This document shows, piece after piece, positions 8,901-16,084 of a DNA stretch of 29,188 bases. Made by a program: the position numbers and the translations under genes. Each line of letters opens with the position of its first letter. Within the stretch, counting starts at the first letter, position 1. The notes beneath the pieces are model-generated. The model did no database searches and was not told where the DNA came from. It saw nothing but the letters and a program-made list of their open reading frames with translations. Source of the DNA: a virus (Duplodnaviria > Caudoviricetes); IMG/VR virus record IMGVR_UViG_3300035164_000463, positions 1 to 29,188 of that record; one strand, written 5' to 3'.

Positions 8901-11501
8901 AATTTTCTTATTGTAATAAGGATCTGTAGTTCTTGGATAAGGATGATCAGTTTGATGACTGTCCATTGCACATGTCCATACTAAACTTCCAGCATCAATA
9001 GACACTGATTGTCCAATAGCAATGTTGTGAGCCCAATTAATTGAATCATTACTTGAACTTACAAATCTATGTTCATATACTCCGTCTGGATTGATACCTA
9101 CATTTACCGTAATACTTGTTGGAGTCACTGCCATAATTTTACGCTTCTCACCGTAAGCAGGATCTGTTACTCTTGGATATGTGTGGTTTGTATCAAAATT
9201 ATCTTTTGCACAAGTAAACGTTAAACTGTTATTATCAAATGTTATTTCTTCACCTACTGCTAATCCGTGAATTGTTCCGAACTCTAATTTCATTATTCCT
9301 GTAGCTGGATCATATGTTGTTCCAGTAGTTGGAGTGTACGCTTGAGTAGGTATTGTAAGTGTCATTACTCCTGTTGTCGGATCATAGGTTCCTCCTGTTG
9401 GAGTGTATTGCATTTTTCCTGCGGTTGCAATCCAAACACTAGTATCCGATGTGCCTGTTCCTGGATCCAATGATACGAAAGCACCACCTGATGGTCTTTT
9501 TGTACCATATGCGTTAGCGGTACCAAGTGTACCTGTAAGTCCTTTCAATGTACAATTTCTTATTCCGCAACCGTTTCTAACGTAAAACATATTTGAATTG
9601 GCATTGTTAGTAGGAATAATTAAATTATCTGGATTTGGATTAGCAACAGTTGTTTCACCTTTGACAAAATCCTGACCGTCTATAGCAGGTCTAATCTGTG
9701 TTGATCTTAGTTCAGAGCCTTCAACAACCACGTTTGCTGGTAAACTTATAGGAAGTATTTCTGCATAATCTCCTGCTAAAACAAAAATCTTTGCACCTAT
9801 GCCTACCCTATTATTTTCATCAGCTAACAGATAGTTACATGCAAATCTCACAGTTCTAAATGGAGCGTTAAGTGTTCCACCTTGGTCTGCACTGTCAACA
9901 CCGTTTGTTGCTACGTAGTAAAGTTTTCTTTGTAAGTCAATAGTGTCCCAAGAAGGTAATCCTGAGGTAACTCTCAATGCTTGTCCAGTAGACCCTATAG
10001 CAAGTCTTTGTGTATCAACTGCTGTAGAATCTTGATCTTCAAAAGTTTTTAAATCACCTTTTCTTGCAAGTTTGTTGGTCCTTGTACCTATTATCATGTA
10101 CTTCCAGTAATTTTGGTCTGGTTGTTCTACATCAAGATCTGGTCTTGAATCAGATTCTGTTGATCTATGATATTTCAAACAAACATACGCAGATCCTTGC
10201 CATGATACAATATCGCCTGCATAGTATTCTTGATTGTCTTCCCAGTAATCTCTGTGGTTTCTACCATCAATTACTTTTTCCCAATAAGTAGGCCACTGGT
10301 CTGGTTGTAAATTTGTGCTATCTTGAATAGCGATATAAAGATTTCCTTGCAATCTTACAAAGTCACCTGTTCTATAATCTATTATTGCAGAACTATCAGC
10401 TGAACCTTGATTGTTCCAATCATTTCTAAATTTGTATCCTTCAAAGGTTACGTTCCAATCTGTAGGCCACTGTGATGGTTTATATCCAACGTTGTATGTT
10501 AAAGATTTGTAAATATATCCACCATATAGAACTAAATCTCCTGGCTGGTAGTAAATATTTTCTGACCAAACATTTTCGTATTCTGTTCCTGGAAGATATG
10601 TTGCCCATTTTCCTGCATCAAAATCAGTTTTAAATGCCGCATCTCCTGTTCCCGAAGTATGTCCGCTAACTGCTTTGACAAGATTTCCACCTCTTTTAAC
10701 TACATCATTTTTCTTATATCTATAATCTGCCTGCCAAGCACCTGAAATTTCACCTGATTCACTATCAGTTTTAGTAACATATTCGATACCTTCACTTTGT
10801 ATTTCCCATTTAGATTGATCTTCTTCTAAACCTAATGTAATATTATCTGCTGATGTATGACCAATTACACATTTGTAAACAATGCCACCATATCTTGCGA
10901 TGTCATTTACTTTATATCTTGTGCCAATTGCCCAAGTGCCTCTCCAAGTATCAGAGTCAGAAAGCACTGTCCATTTACTTTGGTCTGCTTCCAGTCCTAA
11001 TAATATTGTTGCCGCCGATACGTGCTGTGCAGTACATTTGTAAACTTTACCATTATATCTTACAAGATCATTTATTCTGTATAAGGTGTTTATTGTCCAG
11101 TTGTATTTCCAATCTGCTGAAGATACAGCTACCAAAGTCCATTTATTAATGTCAGCAATCAAACCGTCAGTGGCAGAAGAAAAAGTTGCAGAAGAAGTAT
11201 GTGCTTCTGTACATTCGTATACAGATGCACCGTATTTTACTAAATTTCCTATTGAATAAAAAGTGCTTACAGTCCAAACATTCTTCCAGCTTTTACCTTC
11301 TGATTGTTTTTTCCATTTAGGTTTTGCAGGTGTAACATCTGTACCTGCTAAATCATTATAAAAATCTGCTGAAGTATGTGTTCTCAGTGCAACGTAAGTA
11401 AATCCGTTGTATTCGATCATATCATCTACAACGTAGTCTGTTCCACCGCTCCAGCTACTTTTCCAATTAAATCTAATTCTGCTTAACTTAAATTCTGACA
11501 T
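5928..11501 (-). CDS. Giant virion fibre/appendage protein (1857 aa), paralogue of the 1610-aa protein, with an Asp-box beta-propeller-like insertion
   Basis: MSEFKLSRIRFNWK vs MAEFKLGRIRFIWK; 8 CBM-like repeats; shared 'SIVANDFTQVLSDGIG' and 'SQVRLTGHDFLDIGTGNF'; Asp-box motifs STDGSLW, SNDGITW, STDGGATW, SADGSTW, SNNGYVW. Confidence 0.85.
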   Translation of the reverse strand: MSEFKLSRIRFNWKSSWSGGTDYVVDDMIEYNGFTYVALRTHTSADFYNDLAGTDVTPAKPKWKKQSEGKSWKNVWTVSTFYSIGNLVKYGASVYECTEAHTSSATFSSATDGLIADINKWTLVAVSSADWKYNWTINTLYRINDLVRYNGKVYKCTAQHVSAATILLGLEADQSKWTVLSDSDTWRGTWAIGTRYKVNDIARYGGIVYKCVIGHTSADNITLGLEEDQSKWEIQSEGIEYVTKTDSESGEISGAWQADYRYKKNDVVKRGGNLVKAVSGHTSGTGDAAFKTDFDAGKWATYLPGTEYENVWSENIYYQPGDLVLYGGYIYKSLTYNVGYKPSQWPTDWNVTFEGYKFRNDWNNQGSADSSAIIDYRTGDFVRLQGNLYIAIQDSTNLQPDQWPTYWEKVIDGRNHRDYWEDNQEYYAGDIVSWQGSAYVCLKYHRSTESDSRPDLDVEQPDQNYWKYMIIGTRTNKLARKGDLKTFEDQDSTAVDTQRLAIGSTGQALRVTSGLPSWDTIDLQRKLYYVATNGVDSADQGGTLNAPFRTVRFACNYLLADENNRVGIGAKIFVLAGDYAEILPISLPANVVVEGSELRSTQIRPAIDGQDFVKGETTVANPNPDNLIIPTNNANSNMFYVRNGCGIRNCTLKGLTGTLGTANAYGTKRPSGGAFVSLDPGTGTSDTSVWIATAGKMQYTPTGGTYDPTTGVMTLTIPTQAYTPTTGTTYDPATGIMKLEFGTIHGLAVGEEITFDNNSLTFTCAKDNFDTNHTYPRVTDPAYGEKRKIMAVTPTSITVNVGINPDGVYEHRFVSSSNDSINWAHNIAIGQSVSIDAGSLVWTCAMDSHQTDHPYPRTTDPYYNKKILITGTTANSITMNVGISSNTTAHLFKSAAAGAVNMERIQAGKSPYIQGVTTIGDNCVGMKIDGALHGGGNRSIVANDFTQVLSDGIGYWATNLGRSELVSVFTYYAHIGYLAENGGILRATNGNNSYGDFGSVAEGFDTNETPQTVTVNNRTGEAGVEDLIVGNTNVLALAYNNNGQNYTSVTPSVTQANGTGLDMRWKETRNGAIDKITLDLPPNDASTNIGGRGYKFAANNAQGGDTDQITLAASEARTAAQLNGMRIILKGGVGSGQYGYIWNYDPASKTATIYRESDGQPGWDNIVPGKVSATVLNATTEYEYEPRVSFSDPPYAQTNNSVAAGAHDIGYSDSLGMFYYAITGTATWYVSTDGSLWTERPTTTSLGSRQWKAFSKKGSLIVGVANNDTTMGFSNDGITWDTSILPGAHQFTRAQLGGSDGNTLIVCADNSTNLYKATLTTDGTSTIVPSTWETKTAATNDNVGLAYGAGKWIAIGKTGTTSISTDGGATWSSGSAVTLDGTEEYSDLVFGNNCWVASLNNADRIIYSADGSTWYDSGLVGDSGREDWKVAYTQGVFLAVSSTGTTLQSNNGYVWKIKGTSGNLTQIVGGLKNDLPAFVGMNQTNTGNIITTGCKPIGRVEIANGKIDKFKLYDPGSGYSVAPTITIYDPEEYGEPYFTASIKNKVLPQPHFYNRGTGYQSALITLSGDGFAEELQIGNTMKIEGASSVPGPGANFRIAGQDTTIYRVVKVTASSGSSPNISLTFQVSPVITRATAPAHGTSATLRERYSQVRLTGHDFLDIGTGNFANTNYPGLYVFGQNLANETEQANEVVESNGGRVFYTSTDQDGNYRVGELFKVSQAQGGVTLSADFFDLTGLSELRLGGISLGGSQATIREFSTENTFVASSNSIVPTQRALKSYIENRFTGGGANLFTNELTAGQIRMGGRTMSNTAGSNVPDAMASVGPLFTVNGPLGGGLQALNMFLAGRTDRDEFNG
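10100..11460 (-). repeat. Array of 8 CBM5/12-like repeats at the N-terminus of the 1857-aa protein
   Basis: Units include WTINTLYRINDLVRYNGKVYKCTAQHVS and WAIGTRYKVNDIARYGGIVYKCVIGHTS. Boundaries approximate. Confidence 0.75.
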
Positions 11502-11519
11502 TTTTTAGCACCTTATATG

Positions 11520-11527
11520 TATTTATT
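11520..11527 (-). promoter_or_regulatory. Late-promoter-like AATAAATA
   Basis: Overlaps the stop of the 119-aa gene, upstream of ATG 11501. Confidence 0.5.
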
Positions 11528-11885
11528 ATACTCCTGTAGGATACGTATATCCTTCGTTTATTCTTACCACCAAGTTTCCACTATCATCTATGTAGTACAT
11601 TAAACTTCTGTTATCCCATTTAAATTGTTCATAATTTAAATTTTCGTATACCTTTTCATGGTTTACATTTCTACCTTCATAGAAATTTTCTCCCATTTCA
11701 AAATCTTCATAATTATTTGAGGGATCTCCTTCTGCATTTAAGGCAATGGATTCTCCGCTCTTTAGTTGATCAATTTTTGCAAAAAACAACTCGCCGTCAT
11801 CAGTTCTACGCAATCCATAAAAGTATCTTGCATCTGTCTGATTGACCATGTCTGTAATGCTTTGACCTAAAAATGTATCAGCCAT
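11526..11885 (-). CDS. Hypothetical (probably structural) protein, 119 aa
   Basis: Clean ORF coupled to the upstream gene through a TAATG stop/start overlap at 11883-11887; acidic and aromatic (YFYGLRRTDDGELFF, YEQFKWD, YYIDDSGNLVVRIN). Confidence 0.75.
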   Translation of the reverse strand: MADTFLGQSITDMVNQTDARYFYGLRRTDDGELFFAKIDQLKSGESIALNAEGDPSNNYEDFEMGENFYEGRNVNHEKVYENLNYEQFKWDNRSLMYYIDDSGNLVVRINEGYTYPTGV

Positions 11886-12214
11886 TATACTATCTCCACT
11901 ATGCTGATTATAGCATCTAATGATGCTGTTTGATCAGCAGTTATATATAAAACGTTTGTCGCATCTAACACAATTTTTTCGCCTTTGCCTATTGGCTTCA
12001 TTGCTGTGTTAGGAGCTATTGCCATATCTTTAACTAAAAATCCTATGTTACTAGCTTCGTCACCTATTTCTATACTACAGTTTACCATTCCGTCTGTAAG
12101 ATTCGCAATGTTCATTCCTATTATAGTTGTACTTGTCGCGGCTGGTGTTGTATAAACAGCTACCCTCTGCGTTCCTATTTCTTTTGTTACTACGTTTTTA
12201 AAATTTGTCGCCAT
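11885..12214 (-). CDS. Small beta-rich virion protein (109 aa), paralogue family
   Basis: 'VYTTPAATSTTIIGMNIAN...KIVLDATNVLYITA'; AGGA SD; directly follows the 1240-aa gene. Confidence 0.75.
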   Translation of the reverse strand: MATNFKNVVTKEIGTQRVAVYTTPAATSTTIIGMNIANLTDGMVNCSIEIGDEASNIGFLVKDMAIAPNTAMKPIGKGEKIVLDATNVLYITADQTASLDAIISIVEIV

Positions 12215-12223
12215 ATCTTATTC

Positions 12224-15200
12224 CTATAAAAGTAATGCAAGTTTGATTGCAATTTCCTCTGCATCGTTAAATGTTACAGCACCTGTTGAACCTGCAACTG
12301 AAACCCAGTTGCCTGCAATGTCATAAATTTCAACCCTATCTTCTACTGTGTTATAACGCATCATGCCAGTTTCTGGACTAGGATGTCTGTTTGCGTTATT
12401 ACCAACGGGTATGACAAAACCGCCGGTGCCTTGTACTTTAAAGTAACCTGTACCAGTTTGTTTTAGGGTGGTAACTGCACCATTTACAGTATTAGTTATC
12501 TGATTTCCATTAAAACTAAAGTTTTCAATGGATACTAGACCACCGCCATTTGCTTGTAATGTTAAATCTTGGTTAGTTGTAATTGTTTGTAAAGTGCTTC
12601 CTGATACTGATATATCGTCAACTTCTAGCTTCTTGATGTCAAATCTATTAGCTGTTACACTTGCGACTTCACTTCCGCCTGCATAAAAACGTATTTTATC
12701 ATCGTCTGCACCTGGAGTATTTTCTGCTGTAATATAAGTATCTCTATCAGCATCATAAACACCGCCTAGCGTTGACCACTGTCCGTCATATGCTTCAAAA
12801 ACATTTGTATCAGTGTTGTATCTTAACATTCCTGTTACTGCTGATCCAGGTCTTTGTGCTGTTGTTCCTTTTGGTAAAACCAATGCGCCTGTACTGTTAA
12901 CCTGTACAGATTCACTGCTAGGATCTAATACAATATCACCAGCTGGATTAGAAATTATATTTGAATCAAATCTTAAATTATCAATTACAATTTTTCCAGC
13001 GCCGTTTGGTACAAAATTTATGTTTCCGTCACTGCCTGTCGATTGAATAGTATCATTGTCTATTGTAATATCATCTACAACTACTTTACCTACATTTAAT
13101 TCTGACCAAGCTAAATTTGTTGTTCCTAATTTATAAGTGTTATCTACACTTGGAATTATATCACTTGCAATTTGTGCCTGAATATTTATAGTGTCAGTAT
13201 TTTCATCACCTAATGTAATATTTCCCCCTACACTTACATTTCCAGTAACATCTAAATTACCTGTAACATTTACATTGTCTAATAAGTTAATAGTTCCGCC
13301 TGAACTATTCAAATTGATATTTCCACTTGTGCTAGAAATAGTATTACCACTTATTCTTATTGCACCTGATTCAACTTTTGTGCCGTCAATGATGGTAGTG
13401 TTTACTCCGTCAGTAAATGTTATACCCTGGTTATTATTAAATAAAAATTCTGCATTTGTAAATGTAACTTCACCTGTTGTTTGATTAACTCTAAATAGGT
13501 CACCAACTCTAAAATCACCTTTATGATCAACTGTACTGAAATAAATGTTTGCACCGTTAAGAGTTGTGACTTCGTTTGCTTGAATGACTTGAGTAGTGTC
13601 ATTTGTTACATCTTTACCAACACCTATGTATGCAAGATTCATTCCGATTGCATACATTGTTACACCCGAACCATCACCATACAATCCGTAATTTCCATAA
13701 ACACAAGCACTTGCTATAGATCTTATTTCTCCACCAAAGTCTGTATGATCTATTAAAGTCAATGCTGTTGCTGTTGAACCTCCGGTAAATCTTATATCTT
13801 GAATAAATGTATCATCATCAGTAATTACCTGTGAACCATTGTCGCCATCAAAGTTTAATTTTAAAACAGTATATTGATCTACCACTGTGGCCGCAGATGG
13901 AGCCGAAAATGCACTGCTTTCTCCTGTACCTTTTCTTACTCTAACATCGTCTATTCTTCCTGTAAGATTACTTGAAGAACCATCATACTTCGAACCTATT
14001 GTCATAGGTTTTGTAGTTCCTAAATCTGTTGTGTTGCTTGTTGATGTTCCTTGTAATGCTCCGTCAATAAACAATCTAACATTTGTTCCTACTCTGGTAA
14101 TCATTAAATGATAGAATGTAGTGTTCACTAGTGTAACATTTGGTGCTAAAATAGAAGTTGTTCCAAAATCTAATTTTGGTTTATTATCTACAAAATAAAA
14201 GTGTGGTGCTGAGTCTGTATCAGATCCTGCTCTAAAGTCAAACATAGTTTCTGTACCAGTATCATCTGATAGGTATATGTAACCTTCTACAGAAAAGTCT
14301 CCAGTTCCAAAGCCAAAATCTGTTTGAGTTGTAACAGTAAATCTATCTCCTGTTCCATCAAATAATGCAATTCCTGTTCCCCATTTTACAGGATTGTTTG
14401 TTACAATTTGTGCGTTACCAACTGCTGTTACTGTTTTTTTATTTCTACTTGAAGGTTTAATAAATCCAGTAGCTTTTCCATCTATCACTACTTCATTTGT
14501 AGCAACAGATTCAATAGTTGCAGTAGCAAGTTGTGTTCCGTTTGCATCGTATAATGTAATTGCGTTTCCTGGATTAGGTGCTGATCCGCTCAAACCACTG
14601 TATTTAATTTTTGTTTTTCCATCACCTTTGAGTCCAGCTGATCCGTCTACTATTTCTATACCTTTGTCAGCGAAATATGTGAAACAATTTAACCATTCAA
14701 CTCTAGAACCATTTGTTACTTTTAATCCTGTAACACCTGGAGTAATAAAAGTTACAGAATGAAATAACATTCCTGCTTCTTTAGAATCTGCATTTGCAAT
14801 ACTTCCGTCTAAATATGCACCTCTGCCTGCATCTCCAGATGCAAACCCTCTTGGGTCAGTATTGCTTGTTGTAGTTCCTTGTGTAATCACAGTTACATTT
14901 CTCACATAAGGTGATCTTAAGTAAACTCTAAAGTTAGGTGCAAACTTAAATGCATAACCTTCGTTAGCACCAGAATTATAAAAGAAATCTTTAATTGTCA
15001 AATCTTCTACAGTTGAATCACCTTGCATTAAAAATGCATCTTTACTTTGTGTTCCACTTGTAGGAGAAATTTCAACAGAGCGTAGGCTGTGTCCTTTCAC
15101 AGTTACACCCATTGGTACATTTAGTGGAAATGCTTCTTGATAAGTGCCAGGATATATGTAAACAGTGTCACCAACTCCTGCCAAAGTTAATCCTTTTGCA

Positions 15201-15946
15201 ATAGTTCTTACAGGATCTTGTGGATGTGCTCCTGTGGCACTATCGCTTCCATTGATTCCAACATAGTAAATGTTACCTGGTGTTGAAATAAGATTTATGC
15301 TTCCAAAGTTTAAATCATTAGTTGTTAAGTTGTCAGTAGTAACATTTGCAAAATATCCTGTAGCCCATCTTTTTGTATCAGATCCGATGTTGTAAGTATT
15401 ATGTACATCAGGCATAATATCACTGGCAATATCTGCATTAATAAAAATACTATCTGTATCCGAATCACCAAGTGTTATGTTACCACCTGCAGATATGTTT
15501 CCTGTTGCATGTAAGTTTCCGTTTACCTGTGTGTTACCTACAATATTAACATTACCTGTTCCGTTTGCTCTAATAAAAAGATCGCTGTTAGTGTTTGTAT
15601 TTTCTATAAAATTATTGTTTATTTCTAAGTCACCAATTAAAACTCTATTTCCAACAATAGTGTTGTCAGCTGTTGCAATAGAAAATTCCTGTGCAGAAGT
15701 AGATATAGTTCCTGTTGAACCGTCTAATGATACGTTACCTACTTGAAATGTATTATTTGTGATTTCTAGATCTGTGACTCTAGCTACGCCCTGGACGTCT
15801 AATGTATATTGAGGTGATGTTGTTTTTACACCGATTCGACGGTTTGTTACATCTAAATATAGTAGGTCGGTCTCAAAAGCTAAATCTGTGCCATTACGCA
15901 ACAAATTCGACTTTAAGAGCGGACCCGATATGCGACCAATTGCCAT
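12224..15946 (-). CDS. Giant fibre-like structural protein (1240 aa) with beta-helix-like core and an inserted LamG/concanavalin-like domain
   Basis: 'YYVGINGSD...P.RTI' cap; LamG-type 'FGFGTGDFSVEGYIY...FYHLMITR...LFIDG...GRIDDVRVRKG'; two C-terminal 'G...R(P/H).....GM.RYNT...E.Y' modules; GAGGAG SD. Confidence 0.85.
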   Translation of the reverse strand: MAIGRISGPLLKSNLLRNGTDLAFETDLLYLDVTNRRIGVKTTSPQYTLDVQGVARVTDLEITNNTFQVGNVSLDGSTGTISTSAQEFSIATADNTIVGNRVLIGDLEINNNFIENTNTNSDLFIRANGTGNVNIVGNTQVNGNLHATGNISAGGNITLGDSDTDSIFINADIASDIMPDVHNTYNIGSDTKRWATGYFANVTTDNLTTNDLNFGSINLISTPGNIYYVGINGSDSATGAHPQDPVRTIAKGLTLAGVGDTVYIYPGTYQEAFPLNVPMGVTVKGHSLRSVEISPTSGTQSKDAFLMQGDSTVEDLTIKDFFYNSGANEGYAFKFAPNFRVYLRSPYVRNVTVITQGTTTSNTDPRGFASGDAGRGAYLDGSIANADSKEAGMLFHSVTFITPGVTGLKVTNGSRVEWLNCFTYFADKGIEIVDGSAGLKGDGKTKIKYSGLSGSAPNPGNAITLYDANGTQLATATIESVATNEVVIDGKATGFIKPSSRNKKTVTAVGNAQIVTNNPVKWGTGIALFDGTGDRFTVTTQTDFGFGTGDFSVEGYIYLSDDTGTETMFDFRAGSDTDSAPHFYFVDNKPKLDFGTTSILAPNVTLVNTTFYHLMITRVGTNVRLFIDGALQGTSTSNTTDLGTTKPMTIGSKYDGSSSNLTGRIDDVRVRKGTGESSAFSAPSAATVVDQYTVLKLNFDGDNGSQVITDDDTFIQDIRFTGGSTATALTLIDHTDFGGEIRSIASACVYGNYGLYGDGSGVTMYAIGMNLAYIGVGKDVTNDTTQVIQANEVTTLNGANIYFSTVDHKGDFRVGDLFRVNQTTGEVTFTNAEFLFNNNQGITFTDGVNTTIIDGTKVESGAIRISGNTISSTSGNINLNSSGGTINLLDNVNVTGNLDVTGNVSVGGNITLGDENTDTINIQAQIASDIIPSVDNTYKLGTTNLAWSELNVGKVVVDDITIDNDTIQSTGSDGNINFVPNGAGKIVIDNLRFDSNIISNPAGDIVLDPSSESVQVNSTGALVLPKGTTAQRPGSAVTGMLRYNTDTNVFEAYDGQWSTLGGVYDADRDTYITAENTPGADDDKIRFYAGGSEVASVTANRFDIKKLEVDDISVSGSTLQTITTNQDLTLQANGGGLVSIENFSFNGNQITNTVNGAVTTLKQTGTGYFKVQGTGGFVIPVGNNANRHPSPETGMMRYNTVEDRVEIYDIAGNWVSVAGSTGAVTFNDAEEIAIKLALLL

Positions 15947-16060
15947 GTCTACTCCTCAATACGGGCATCATTGTGTGCCTCTAACCTGTTTGGACCTTCC
16001 CCATAGCTGGTTAACCACTGTTTGTCCTGCAGAAGTATTGGCCTACTCGTTACTGCATTA
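15947..16060 (-). promoter_or_regulatory. Structured ~110-nt 5' leader (hairpin, possible pseudoknot, SD-proximal hairpin) of the 1240-aa gene
   Basis: Minus-strand pairings TGCAG/CTGCA enclosing AGTA/TACT; GGAC/GTCC crossing TAACC/GGTTA; GGCA/TGCC. More GC-rich than the flanks. Confidence 0.5.
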
Positions 16061-16064
16061 TACT

Positions 16065-16072
16065 TATTTATA
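16065..16072 (-). promoter_or_regulatory. T4-type late promoter TATAAATA
   Basis: Exact match to the T4 gp55 late promoter consensus, intergenic, correct orientation. Confidence 0.75.
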
Positions 16073-16084
16073 TGATTTTTGTAA

